Source of the DNA: Lama glama | Lineage: Eukaryota | Length of the DNA stretch: 60,000 nucleotides | Assembly (NCBI GenBank): GCA_028534125.1 | Contig: CM052832.1 | Location: 24,430,001-24,490,000 of the forward strand | Reading direction: 5' to 3' | Shown here: positions 1 to 12,262 of the stretch, piece after piece | Layout: each line of letters opens with the position of its first letter | How positions within the stretch are numbered: the stretch's first letter is position 1 | The notes under the pieces: generated by a model | The model's input: the letters and a program-made list of their open reading frames with translations, nothing else | Told to the model about the DNA's origin: nothing | The model's database searches: none | Translations under genes and position numbers: made by a program

Positions 1-329
1 TGGTGGAGGCTGAGTCTTACTCTCAATTTCCATTAAATGAGTGTGGGGAGTCAATGCCTAACTGAGCGTTTGTCCTGAGAACACCCAGGGGCCCCTGGGT
101 CGCTTGGTCTTTTTCAGAAGAATTCTCAGACAGGAAAATGTGCAGAATGTCTATTTACTAAAATAGTTTCAACATCTTTTATGTAACGCTGATGCATCTG
201 GAAGTGAAAATGCTAAGAGTTTCATTTCACTAAAAATGGAATTTTTTTTTTTTTACTTTGACCTTTAACTTCAGATCACGATTAGTGACATTTTCAGTGT
301 AAGTCTTAAGAGTATCAAAGCATGTGTGT

Positions 330-590
330 TCATTGACACGTTGGACCAGTATTTGCTGAGCATATTTACGTGCAAAGGACTGTGCAGGTTGTTATGAAAA
401 ATGACTCTCAGTATCTCACCGTCTAGAGAGGGAAACAGATCATTCATTACATGACAGGACAAATACAATAGATGTGGAAGCCTGTCACAGAGGAGGTGAC
501 ATCTGAGCTGAATCTGAAAGGAAGGGTAACATTTGAGTGAGTAAGAAGGGCATTCCCAATTGAGGGACCAACGTAAAAAAAATGGCATTT
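330..590 (-). mobile_element. LINE-2 (L2) 3' fragment
   Basis: gtatttgctgagcatatttacgtgc...gaggaggtgacatctgagctgaatctgaa resembles the reverse complement of the L2 3' end. Confidence 0.65.
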
Positions 591-1264
591 TGCCCTGTAA
601 ATTTCTAAAGTTTCATTGGATATTATGACACAAACATCATGGTAATGAAATGACTAGGAAATTCAGATAAAAATATCTAAATAAATTAAGACTTTTTTGG
701 CTAAATTTGTTTGCCCTACCTTTTCATCTTAATTATATTGCAAAGAACAATATGTTTGCATTATGTTAAACTGGCTAAGAGGTGTGGCCAATGATAGAAT
801 TCTAATTCAGTTTAAAAGTAGTTCAAAACCCTAGTGGAAATACAATTAAGAATTTAGCATTTTTTATAATATTTCCCCTCTGTAACTCTCGTACTTCTCA
901 GAAAATGGTGTTAAGTCCCAAATAGAAATCTGTCTTGTTTTATCATTTATCACAGAGATAAAGATGAGTTGAGAATAGAAATCTCAAAATGCAATGATAG
1001 GACCTTACATTTCCATAGTGCACAGTCTATAAAGTACTGTAGTATTTGTTATTTAAATTGAGCCATATACCACAGAAGGAGCAATATAAAACTAAATTAC
1101 AAGTTTGCTTTTCAGAATAAGCTGTTACCAGTACATTCTGCTCCACTGTGTACTGGTAGCACTTGTAAACAATTCATTCCTACATTATTTTTTCCCGAAA
1201 AACCTGTTGCAAAATTGTCTTTCTTCTTTTCCACCTCTTTGCATAGTCTATTTCATTAAATTTT

Positions 1265-1381
1265 TTCTGACAGGTAATTAGGTTTCTACATGGATTTCCC
1301 TTGGAGGAGGTACTGGGGATTGAACCCAGGACCTCTTGCATGCTGAGCATGCAGTCTACCACTTGAGCTATACCCTTCCCC
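1265..1381 (-). mobile_element. Camelid tRNA-Ala-derived SINE with 17-bp TSD
   Basis: Minus strand reads GGGGAAGGGTATAGCTCAAGTGGTAGACTGCATGCTCAGCATGCAAGAGGTCCTGGGTTCAATCCCCAGTACCTCC (A and B boxes) plus a tail. Identical flanks ctatttcattaaatttt at 1248-1264 and 1382-1398. Confidence 0.93.
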
Positions 1382-1934
1382 CTATTTCATTAAATTTTAG
1401 CAATTCTAATTCAGAATAGCATCGTATAGACAACATGTGGAATGTGTGTGCTATTAATTCGAACGTCTTATGGCATGTTCATTAGACAAATACATAATAT
1501 TTATAAAGTCTGTCCAGTAATTAAAAGAAATGGATGAATATGCGTCACTATTTTGCCTTTTTTTAGGAAAAGAAATAATTCGCAGTAAGCGTTTCTAATT
1601 ATTTCAGCAATATTTATAGTGCTTGAATGATAATATTTGTTGTTTCTGCCATTTAGATTTTATAGATAAACTTTGGACGGAAATACTTCTTTTCTCTTGA
1701 AACGTCTGCGCCTCTACACATACATTACAGGTTACTGAAACAACAATTTGGCCTTCAGCTGCAGTGAATAAAACTCTCCTTTATCCTCAGTTTGCTGAGG
1801 GCCTCTCTGATGACTTCTCTTATGGCCTTACAGAGATGTGAATGCTAATTAATATTTTAATGGAAAAAAATGTTGGTGAATAAAACTGTTAAATTTGAAG
1901 TGTGAATTATAAATTCACTTGGTTGCCCTGTTTT

Positions 1935-2047
1935 TAGAGTGCGTCCAGTATGCTGAGCTCTGTGCTAAACATTTCACTTGTAGCTAGTATTTAATTTTCC
2001 CGACTACTATGTGAGGTGGGTGTAGTAATGCCCGTTTAACAGATGAA
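1935..2047 (-). mobile_element. MIR SINE fragment
   Basis: ctgtgctaaacatttcac...tatgtgaggtgggtgtagtaatgcccgtttaacagatga matches the reverse of the MIR core/tail. Confidence 0.65.
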
Positions 2048-2169
2048 TTTGTAACTATTATGTCTCACAACATTTAATAATAATTTAAATATACTATATT
2101 AATAATATATCTTAAATACAGAACTTGGGAGCTTTACACATACTTCATATATGCATATAAGTCTTCTTT

Positions 2170-3010
2170 TGTTCATTCAACTAATATTTATTTATTGACT
2201 ATATATGTGCTAGGCTTCTGTGTTCAACTGTGGGGATAGGGTGATAAGGTAATACCCACCCTGCTCCTGCCTTTAAGGGGCTTAAGATGTTTGATGTACT
2301 GGGAGAGATGGACTTGCCTAAGACACAAGTACAAGAAAATATGATAATTGCATTCATAGGAGTAGGTACAGAGTGTTGTAGAAAAATGGGAAGAGAGGAC
2401 CTCAGCTTCCTGGAAGGTATTAGAGAGGCCTTCACAGAAGACTTGAAGAATGAGTCTGAGTTTGGGAAGATGATCAGAGGGGAGAGTGCAGAGGGAATGG
2501 AATAGATGGGGTGTGGACATGAGCCGGAGTGAGGGAGGCTTGGTCGGGGAGTTCAGGGATTCAGAGGGGGTGAGCATTAAGTGCAGCTGGAGGAGGGTCA
2601 CGGCTGGCTGGGGTCAGATCACAAGGAGCATGGCCTGCTGTTTTAAGGAGGGCAGACCTTATGCTCTGTGTGTTGAAAAGTCATCAGCAAATTAACTCAA
2701 CAAACACTCGTTCAGTTATGATAAGAGATGTCCTTCTCGCCTTCTTCCCTCCTCTTCTCACTGGAAAACCACTGCAGTGCTTCAGGCAGGAGCTAAGGAT
2801 GGGCTGTGGGAGAACGGGCTGCAAGGTGGCAGGGGTGGAAGCAGAAGCAGGGAGACCAACTGGGAGGCCAGCGTAATAGTCTGATGAGTTGTGATGGTGG
2901 GCGGCCTGGAGGGGAGGAGGTGGTAGGAGGGGGTAGTGTGCTGGTGGCAGAATCAGTGGCCCAGTGGTTGGGTATGGGACATAATTTAGAAAAGGAAGTT
3001 GTCAGAATGT
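2170..3010 (-). mobile_element. L2 fragment(s)
   Basis: Starts ttcattcaactaatatttatt...atgtgctagg (L2 3' end reversed), followed by purine-rich L2-like body. Confidence 0.65.
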
Positions 3011-3310
3011 TGTCGGTACCACTGCTGAGCTAGGGAAACATAGGAAGAGGAAGGATCCACTCTGCTTGGATTTCCAGAAAACTCCAGGGGAGGTGGAGGA
3101 AGACATCAAAAGGAATTGAGACTGGAAGTTGGTCTCAATGAGTAGGCATTTTCTAGACGGCAGGGAGGGCAAAGGCATGCTAATCAGAAGGAGTGGTATG
3201 TTCAAAGGCACAGGAGCATAACCGAAATGGTGCAAATAAATAACTACACATGCACACAGGTACAAAAAGGAAATTAATATGTGACCCATAAATAACTTCT
3301 GTTGGATCCC

Positions 3311-3449
3311 TTTTTTTAAAGTTTTTTTTTTCAGAGGGGAGGTAATTAGGTTTATTTACTTAATTATTTTTAAGGGAGGTACTGGGGATTGAACCCAGGA
3401 CCTTGTGCATGTGAAGCACGCTCTCAACCACTAAACTATACCCTCCCTC
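3311..3449 (-). mobile_element. Camelid tRNA-derived SINE (more diverged copy)
   Basis: ggaggtactggggattgaacccaggaccttgtgcatg...ctataccctccc with T-rich tail and the ggtaattagg motif shared with the 1265-1381 copy; degenerate TSD (aacttctgttgg / aacttgttgg). Confidence 0.9.
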
Positions 3450-3974
3450 AACTTGTTGGTTTCTTGATATTCTCATATCTGTTTTTGTGTTGCAGTCATT
3501 CTAAGACCTATAGTAGGAACAATTTCTAAAAAGATTAAAATGTTTAAATATTTTTTTACACCATAGACATATAATATAGAGAAATTCCTCTCTTTACTTC
3601 CATATTTTAAGTTAGAGATTCACTTACGGCTCTTGATTATGTTATCTACCTTCTTTCTAATAAAATTTAGCCATTTGGGTCAGACTTGGATTTTTAGGTT
3701 TTTTCTTAGTGGTTTGGCATCTGGATTTGGGATTAATCAGCATTTTTAATTTACTGAAATACCTATAAATTTACTGCTGATGGAAATATGAACATGTTGA
3801 TTTCAGTTTAGCTTGAGAACTAAAATCAAGGGACAGTCAAATCCAAAAAAAGGTTAGTCATGCTAAAACTTAGGTGACATGTCAACTCTGGAGAGAAATA
3901 GAGTGATGTTGATTTAATACTTAACTTTTTATCGTAAGTATGAGTATTGATAATCAAATCAACTTTGGAGAGAT

Positions 3975-4185
3975 GGCATAGCACTGAAATTATGAGCACA
4001 GCCTCTGTGAAAGACAGTGGCTTAAATACCGCCTTTACCATCTGCTAGCCGTACAAACGCTCAGTTTCTTGTCAATAACAGAGATAATAATGACCAGCTA
4101 CCTCACAGGGCGCAATGGAGTGGGGTATTGTATGTAAAGCGGTCGGTCACACAGCGCCAGGAACACAGTCAGTGTTCAGTCAACG
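3975..4185 (+). mobile_element. MIR SINE
   Basis: ctcagtttcttgtc...gataataatgaccagctacctcacaggg...tgtaaagc...cacagcgccaggaacacagt. Confidence 0.7.
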
Positions 4186-4564
4186 TCTGTGATGAGTTTG
4201 AATATCCCTGATACCGTGCTTTACCTGAGTCATCCACAGAAAGGCATGTAGAGTTTTGAAAGTGAAAGTCAGGCTGTTTTGGTAAACACATGTGCTGAAC
4301 TGGCTTACCTCTGTGGCTGGGAGGAATCTTAGAGAGGAGCAGATTCAGCCATGTTGCTGACATTTTCTGGGGAAGAAACAATTGTTTTTCATTTCTCTGA
4401 AGTTTGGGAATCGTTAGACAGAGAAGGAGGGGAAGGAACAAGATTATTTTGATGATGTCGTCCCTAAGGTCAGGGGACGGGATGGGAAGCAGCCCTGGGG
4501 CAGAGCCCTCCCATCCTCAGCTGTGTCTGCTTGCTGAGTTTTTTGACATTCTGAATTTAGAGAG

Positions 4565-4566
<2 letters not shown>

Positions 4567-4606
<40 letters not shown>
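4567..4606 (+). repeat. (GT)20 microsatellite
   Basis: Perfect dinucleotide run read directly from the sequence. Confidence 0.97.
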
Positions 4607-4608
<2 letters not shown>

Positions 4609-4719
4609 CGGGGGAGAGATTATGCAAATATGTTTCTCTTTTCTGAGAATTCAGCTACTGTGAATGAAGACCACAGAAAACTGCCTAACTCAGTGGGAAT
4701 ATTGTTTTTATAATTACAG

Positions 4720-4849
4720 GTCTAGGCATTTTACACTGAGTTTCTCTACTGCCACCCTTTTCTGCTCAAGCAAAATCTGTGTGAAAAGATCTGCTGGGAA
4801 GGACCTGACTGCTTCTGATTCTCCATTGTGATGAAAGCACGTGGTACAG
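4720..4849 (+). other. LPP: Non-coding (5'UTR-type) internal exon of a large + strand gene, tentatively LPP (lipoma-preferred partner)
   Basis: Branch-like CTAAC at 4685-4689, T-rich tract, acceptor CAG at 4717-4719 (alternative TAG at 4723-4725), perfect donor CAG|GTAAGT at 4849/4850. All three frames contain stops, and the sequence is not repeat-derived. The exon call itself is fairly strong. The gene name rests only on my memory of the LPP 5'UTR and its long-intron architecture, and is unverified. Confidence 0.5.
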
Positions 4850-5169
4850 GTAAGTGTCTCCGAAATCTTTAACCAAAAATAACTATTACTTAATTGTAAA
4901 ATTCAAGATAGTGGTAGGGATGTATACATATCTGTTCTCATACACACATTCACAAAACATAAACATACATCTATAGATTCTTACGTTCTCCATCTGTTTA
5001 CTCTTCCTCTTTATAAAAGCAGAACCCTTGTTTTCTTGTGGGAAAGAAAGTAACTTCTGTTTATTTTGAGATCACTGATGAGGATGATGACACAGCATTG
5101 ATAAGAAAGGGGTAACTCCGATGATTGTGTTTAGAAATTCAGCTAGAGAGACTGACATCAGATCGTCAT

Positions 5170-5700
5170 AGGGAACAATACAGTATATGCTATCACTTAG
5201 CCTTTTTGTTCCTCTTAACAATGCAATAATGAACGTCTTCCATAGCAACTGCTATTTATCTACAACATGATTTTTAGCAGTTTCATAGTATACCATTGAA
5301 TATGTACCCAAATTGATCCCCTCTGGTTGGACATCTGAGTTATTTCTAATTTCTTTGATTGATCCCCTCTAGTTGGACATCTCAGTTGTTTCTAATTTCT
5401 TTGCTTTTATGCTGCCAAGAATGTTCTCATGGCTTCATGTGAATTGCCATTATTAGTGGCTTCCTTGGGATACTTCCTCAGCAGTAAATTGCTAAGAGTT
5501 TTCAAGTTTTAAGACTCTTGATACTTGTTGCCAAATTACTTTCCAATAAAGTCATACCCTTTTATATTTCCAGAGGCACAGTGTGTGAGAGACCTACTTC
5601 CATACAGTTTTGCCAGTGCTGAGAATTTTGAAAACAAAAAGAGTCTTTGCCAGTTGATGATGAGAAATGGTGTCTCCATGTGTTATTTTTTGGTGGGGGG
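5170..5700 (-). mobile_element. Old L1M (L1ME-like) 3' fragment
   Basis: catagtataccattgaatatgtacc...ttggacatct...ttgccaaatt...ttttgccagt, typical of the antisense L1M 3' region. Confidence 0.65.
5312..5403 (+). repeat. 46-bp tandem duplication (2 copies, 3 mismatches)
   Basis: attgatcccctctggttggacatctgagttatttctaatttctttg (5312-5357) followed by attgatcccctctagttggacatctcagttgtttctaatttctttg (5358-5403). Confidence 0.95.
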
Positions 5701-6149
5701 AGGAGGATGGTGAAAGGGAGACATTTATTTATAAATCATACTGTTTTGAAGAATCTTTCTCCTGTAGACCAGTAGCATGCTTGAAACTTACTAGTAATTG
5801 ACATTTGAGAAATAATACTAAATCAAGAAGGTGTGGAAAGGTCCTTGGGAATTTTAAGTTTTTCCCTTTTTTTGGCTAGGTATTTTTAGACAACTGTGAG
5901 ATCACTGGTTAGCAATGCTTTTTCAATGGAAAACAGTTTTTTTTTTAAATTTTTCACTAAGAATTAAAAGGTATTTAATAAACAGCCATCATTAATGGAT
6001 CTAAAGTTGTACTGTTCATTAGTTAAAGTACGTATGTGTGTGTGTATGGGTATGTATACACACATACAGATGTGTGTATGTATAAGTTCACATAGATATG
6101 TGTGTGTGTGTATTCACATCCATATGGGGAGTCTGCTGCAACATAATTA

Positions 6150-6370
6150 TGGTAACACCATGTGATTCAGAGGCTGGGGATCCCTGTCAGTCGGACTGCG
6201 GGCTCCGGGCTGCCTGGGCTTAAATGCCAGCTCTGCTGTTTTCTTGAGGTGTGACCTTGGGCAAGTTACTTTACAGCTCCATGTCTAAGTTTATAACATT
6301 TAGATCGTACTAGTACCTATCTCATAGGGTGTTGTTGCAAGCAGCTATTTGTGAAATCATTAAAAAGTCC
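6150..6370 (+). mobile_element. MIR SINE
   Basis: gtgtgaccttgggcaagttactt...tagtacctatctcatagggtgttg, the MIR core. Confidence 0.85.
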
Positions 6371-7869
6371 TATTTCAAGAGAATATTTAACGGTATGAAA
6401 AAATGGTCATGGTCAAAGTAAAAAAAAAAAAGGCAAAGTATGACACTAACCATAGTGTAATCCTAATCCTGTAAAATTAATGTTTTCCCTTCCCCCTCTT
6501 TCTTTTCCTTTTCCTCTGGGATTCCCCCCCTCCCCCCTAAAAAAGGTATACTGTATTTCTGAATGTCTATAATTAGAATGAATGGAGTAACCCCAGTTCT
6601 GGAGAAACTGACTGACAGAAGTCTGCAAGTCAGAGAGCTCTGAAGTCAAAGCTGTCTGTGACACCTGGCCAGCGGGCCCCTCGGAGCAGCCCTTGTGCAA
6701 GTGCAGAGCCACATCCCAACCCTCGGCTGCCTTGCTCCTGAGATACAGCGAGTACCTTGGGGCGGGCAGGCTTCCTGGCCTCTCGGAGCCGCACTGAACC
6801 TCTAATCGTCCAGCTCCACGTCTGAGCTGCCCTGCGGGCTCCTCTCATTCCCCCAGTGCTAAAGTAGCTTCCTTTCTTTAAATAAACTCACGAGAAGGTA
6901 GAATCAGAGATCTCCATCTCTTAGGAAATGTATACTTTATCCTGCAAAAGCCCAAAAGGGAAAACCCTGGGAGTGTGAGTCCCTCAAGCCTTGAGCCACA
7001 TCATAAACTTGAAATGTAGAAGGAGAAAAAAATCTGAGCTTGGTCTGGTGTGAAGGAGACAAGCCCATGGTGACTTGTCTGGCCTCGGCCGGTGCTTTTC
7101 ACTGGAGGCTCTGCAACTCTGTGGATGTACATTTGTTTTGGCCCAAATTTCCAGTCTAATTTGAACAGCTCTCTGCTTTTTTCAGTAAAAGAGGAACATC
7201 TGAATTCCTAATTAAGATAGTTTAGCTTAAGAATTCCTCTTTAATGGGCCATAAATTATCCTCCTCGAAATGATTACAGGGATGAGTAAGAAAGTAAAAT
7301 TTGCCTGTATGCCGTTCATATGCTATTTCAACAGAATTAATAAGTTCATCAAGGGAGGAGGGGGGTCAAGAAATGTATCAGCAAATGGAGGTCAGGGAAA
7401 GAGTGCATCGGTCCTGCCAGCCTCCAGTGAGTGGAGGTAGAAAGGCGTTGGGTCGCGGTCGTGTGGATGGTGATAACTCTACCATATGGGGCACTTGGTG
7501 TTGGGATTCCTCCTCTACTCGAAGAGAGAGGAAGAAACGAGTCTCTTGCTGTGCATCGCTGGCTGGTGAGGAGAAATGTAGACATGTTGATTAGCAAGGG
7601 CACCAAGATGAATTTCTCTAGGGAGGGAGAAGACGGGGGAATATTTAACTGTATTTAACAGCAGTTTGGTGTTGTCTCCATAATGAAACCATTTTTGCAA
7701 TCATGTGGGAAACTTCTCTGCAAGACCAGGCCAAATCACTGTTGAGAACTCAATTTACTGAGTCCCACGGGGTCTTTGGGGTACCTTCGGGCTTTGCCAG
7801 TACCAGCTGAAAGCACAGCTTTTGAACTGGAAGAAACTGTGATGATGTCTTTAAATTCTGATCTCATTT

Positions 7870-8025
7870 AGTCATTTACCCTCATTTATTCATTCAGCAA
7901 ATAGTTCTTGGGGGCTCCTGTGTGCTAGCACACTGTTTGCTTCCAGGCACTGGAGGTGTGGAATGGAACACGACAGACATGGGGCCTGCCCAGATAGAGT
8001 TTACATTTCTAAGGGGGATACAGTC
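7870..8025 (-). mobile_element. L2 3' end
   Basis: atttattcattcagcaaatagttcttg...tgtgtgctagcacactg...cagacatggggcctgccc. Confidence 0.75.
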
Positions 8026-9042
8026 AACAGCATCTTAATCTGGTTTGGGTGATCGGCGGAGCTGTTCCGCGAGTGGGCCATTCCTAAAGAAGACTCAGAG
8101 TGCATCTGAAATGAGAGACTGGAGAAACCAGTGGAGGAAGACCTGTTGATCTGGAAGGCACAGGCAGAAAGAATCAGAGAGTAGTCAGGGACTGGCAGCG
8201 AGGGTGTGATTATGGAGGGCAGGACCAGATTGGGAAGTGAAGAAGGTGCCGAGAGAAGACAAGTATAAATGCACAATTGTCAGGGCCGGGGAAAACCGTG
8301 CAGTTACTGAGCTCCCAATTTAGGTAATCGAAATAATGCATGTTATTGACAGTCTGCACTTAACACGTGAAATGGATGTGTTTTACTCTCTGACTATGTA
8401 AACATGTTAGGCAGGAGAGTGGGTGGTACTTCGGCTTTTTTTAACCATCACCCAAAAGGAAGAACTGAGGTGGTGGCTTCACCAGAACACGTTTCCCTTA
8501 CTCTCACTTTGACCAACTGCATCCCTGTCCTCATCTTATCCACCATCGTTCATGTTAGAGAGTGAGACGAGTTACATAATTAATTCTCCCTTCTGTGCAT
8601 AAGCACAATTAACTTCACTTCATTAACTTTGAACAGATTTAAGTTCTAGATCAAAATCGTCTCCTCACTTGTCCCTTCTGGGCCTCTTTAGTGTTCTGCC
8701 CTTCCACTCAGCTTGTCTGTGGGATTGTGGTTCCTCTTACCTTCCTCCTTCCATTCCTGGGTGCTTTTAGTGGTCTCTTAAATGATGAAATCCACTTAGA
8801 GATTTATTTTATCTCCTTTGACCTTCAACATGAGTTTGGTAAAGGCTACATTTTTGGCTTTGGATTTACTATCATGGAGGGGGACTCTTTTTTTCTCTGT
8901 TTTATCCCTCCCTTGTCAACTGCTTTATTCGAGGGCTCGAAGTTGTACCATATGTTTTACTCAAATCCTTTTCCTTTCTTCCATAAGCCCAGTTTATTTC
9001 ATTTATCTCCTCTCCCCAACCCAACCCACCCAAGCACTCAAA

Positions 9043-9081
9043 ACACACACACATGTACACACACACACACACACACACACA
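9043..9081 (+). repeat. Interrupted (CA)n microsatellite
   Basis: acacacacacatgtacacacacacacacacacacacaca. Confidence 0.92.
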
Positions 9082-12054
9082 GAGGGTATTTCGGGATTTA
9101 CAGTGCACCTTTCCATGATTAAAAAAACCCTACTGATACTCATTAAATCTTTAACATAGAGATCATCTCAAAAACTACCCTAAATATGTTCTTCCCTTGG
9201 CCACTCCAGTTCCTTTAGTCTGGAGGTAGCCTCCAAACCTCATAGCCAGTTTGGGGGAAGGTATTATTTTGAGACATTTGATGTTTTTCATGGCAAAATG
9301 AAAATGGTAGAGACAAAGGCTTAAGGGTACATAATGTTTTATACATAGGCATAGATTTCAAAACTATTTTGGAGTGTATTAAGAGGGCCTGACATACTTT
9401 ACAAGACTTCTGTATAAAGCATTTTATTCTTTGACAAGTCTTACACGTTATATAATTTGCTGTGTCAATGTGCAAACATTCACAGAGTACTTTTCCCTTT
9501 CATGAAATAAGGTAGAATATTTGTCATCTGACGGGGTCAGACACATGAGAAAATGGTTGATCCCAAAGTCTACTGCTTTGTCTCCCCGTGCTGGGATGCT
9601 GGGGCAGACACACTGCAGAAATTTCCTCCCTTCTAATACACCGAGATTGCTCTGTGTGTTGGCAAACTGTACCGTGCGAAGTGTGAGCAGCGATGACGAG
9701 AAGTGGAAATATCAAAGTGTCAGTATTCCGTGGTGCTTCTCAAATCACTCTCTTTTTTTCTCTTAGAGTTTATCGAATGAGATGAAAGCATTTAAAGATG
9801 TTTTCTAAATTCTAGAATGTTACGCATTTACAGCTTTTGGTGTCGTTGTCTTTAGAGGTAGAACGAGTGTGAAAATCATTTTGTCCCCCTTCCCGCTGCT
9901 CCCGATGCAAGACCCCTCAGGTGTCATTAGTGCTTTTCATTTCACCAGGGTTCAAATAGTGAACTAGTGACCGCTCACTGATTACCGAAAGATTACTGTC
10001 ACGGTAAGATTTAGAAATGATACGCAGAACTTCCTGGGAGTAAGGTACCTCTTTTTTTGAGTTAGCAAGAAACGAGACTCACACCTCTGGATGCTAAACA
10101 GCATGAAGAAAGAGTACCTCCTGAGATTAAGAGGGAAATATGCACCATTGATATTTATTTAGGTTTTCACTAAGTGAGTAAAATTTGGGAAGGCAGTTTC
10201 CATGACTTAGCAATTTATTCTGTCTCCTGTTTACTCCTCCTTTTTTATCTGCCATTTTTCTTTTCTTGAAGACAGCAGGTCACTGGGAGGATTATAGACA
10301 TAGAAACCTCTAGGACATTTCCTGGCCTGGCGCACAGTTAAAGCGTCTATTACTACTACTTTTACTCTGCTGTTTTTCCCAGCTACTTCACACGTCCTTC
10401 TGTTTCTGCGGAGAGTTTCTTGAGTGTCTAAAATAAATAAATGCAACCAAACAAAACAAGAGATCGCATACTGAGAGCACATGCTGTAGAAGCTGGGGCT
10501 ATGTTTGGTTCCACTGGCACAGGTGTGATCCTCTAAGTACATCCGTGGCTGACCCCAGGTTCAAGTGGAACGCCCTGTGTCTGGGGATCAGGAGAGCTTT
10601 GAACAAGGTGCTCACTCACTCTGTGCCTCCAGGTTTTACAGCTCTAACAGGAGTGCGTTACTCTCTGATGCTTGTTCCTCTTCTGAATATGGTCATCATC
10701 TTACATCCTTGGTGTCTTAAGGCTTTGAAGTCCCTGTAGGAAAGAACCTGTGAGGAGTCCCAGTCACTGTTTACATTCTGTCCACACATTTGTGTATATG
10801 CGTCGAGTGTTTTTTTTGGTTTGTTTCCTCCCTCATGTTCAGGGGCAGCAGGTGACCTGCCCCTCCAGTGATGATGGTGAAACAAAATGAAACAAAACAA
10901 AACACTTCTTTCCTGAACAAAGGCAACCTCTTCCAAATGCCTAACCCCTTAAGCTAGTACTCAGATGGCACAGAGAGCATCACTCCACTTGCCACTGAAA
11001 TACAGCCGTCTTGGGAGTGAAATTTGGCAGCTGTGTGAGAGTCAAGCTGCAGTAATTGTATGACAGTTTGGGGAAAGGAGTGAGACAGAAATAGCAGATT
11101 CCAAAATAATCCAATTAGAAGAACCGGGAAAGTAGAGTTGGGCAACAGGAAGGGAGGATGTTATGCCCCGAAGTGGGATTATCTCTCCCGATTACACAAT
11201 GTAGTCTTCAGTTCCAGAAGCTTGATGGTGACCACTGTCAAGAATCTCCTGCACACACCCAGAGAGGGGGCTTTCCTGATGTCCCACCGGGCTATAATCT
11301 TGTGATTTTTTTTTTCCTCTATTTTCCCCGTAGTCTAATGAGGAAGCTGTGTCAGCACATCAATTGATCTGTCTTTTAGAGCCACCTCCTTCTTTGCCCG
11401 TCGCATAGGATATCATGGTTCAGTATTTATGACATCAGAACACATTATACTAAGAAGTCGTCATGTTAAAGCACCTCTTGAATGGCTCAGGCAGGATAAA
11501 CTTCCAGATCAGAAAGGACAACCCTTCTGTTTAATTCAGAGATCTTGGAAATAACAATGACTGGGAAGAAAGATGCAAGAAATGTACCTGGTAAACAAAT
11601 GCACTTGAATTAAAGTGTAGAATTCTTTAGGTTTTCTGGAATGGGAGTAACCATTGAGATAAATACTAGAATAAGAACATGGAAGTCATAGTGGATAAAA
11701 CTGAAAAATACTGAGTGATGTACACAATAGCAGTTTAAAAAAAAAAAGGTGAAGATTTGCCAACACAGTAGAAATAATCAGATCCTCAGATAATGGGACG
11801 TCAAATCTCTCAAAAGGGAGATTCCAAGGAGTAAAGGAAGCAGATGCTAAAAGAAACCTGGCATTTTAATTTAACCAGAAAAGAGAGAACTTTAAATATA
11901 TAAATAGGGAAAAAAATTTTAAATATATAGTTTCATTTAAAAGCACATAAAATCTTTAGGTAATGAACAGAGTTCATAGAGTTTTCTACTGTTATAAGAT
12001 GGAACTGAAAATGAATTCAAGGAAAATTAAATAAAATTCATGAAAAAAAATAAG

Positions 12055-12262
12055 ATTTGGTATCAGAAATTCTAGTTTTGAATTTCAGTTATACAATTTA
12101 TTTGCTTTGTGATCTTGGGGAAATCATTTAAAATCTGAGTTTTTTGAAAAAATCTAGAATATAGAGATAATTATATCTATCTACCAGGGGTGCTGTGAGG
12201 ATCAAGCCTTAGAATGCATTAAAATATTCTATGGGTTGTAAGGCCCTCTACATATGTTATTT
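12055..12262 (+). mobile_element. MIR/MIR3 SINE
   Basis: tttgtgatcttggggaaatcattta...gataatt...ggggtgctgtgaggatcaag...tgtaaggccctctacatatgtt. Confidence 0.7.

Noticed and set aside
1306..1378. tRNA-Ala(AGC)-like sequence (also ~3376-3447)
   Set aside because: It has a SINE tail, a TSD and stem mismatches, so it is a SINE head rather than a tRNA gene.
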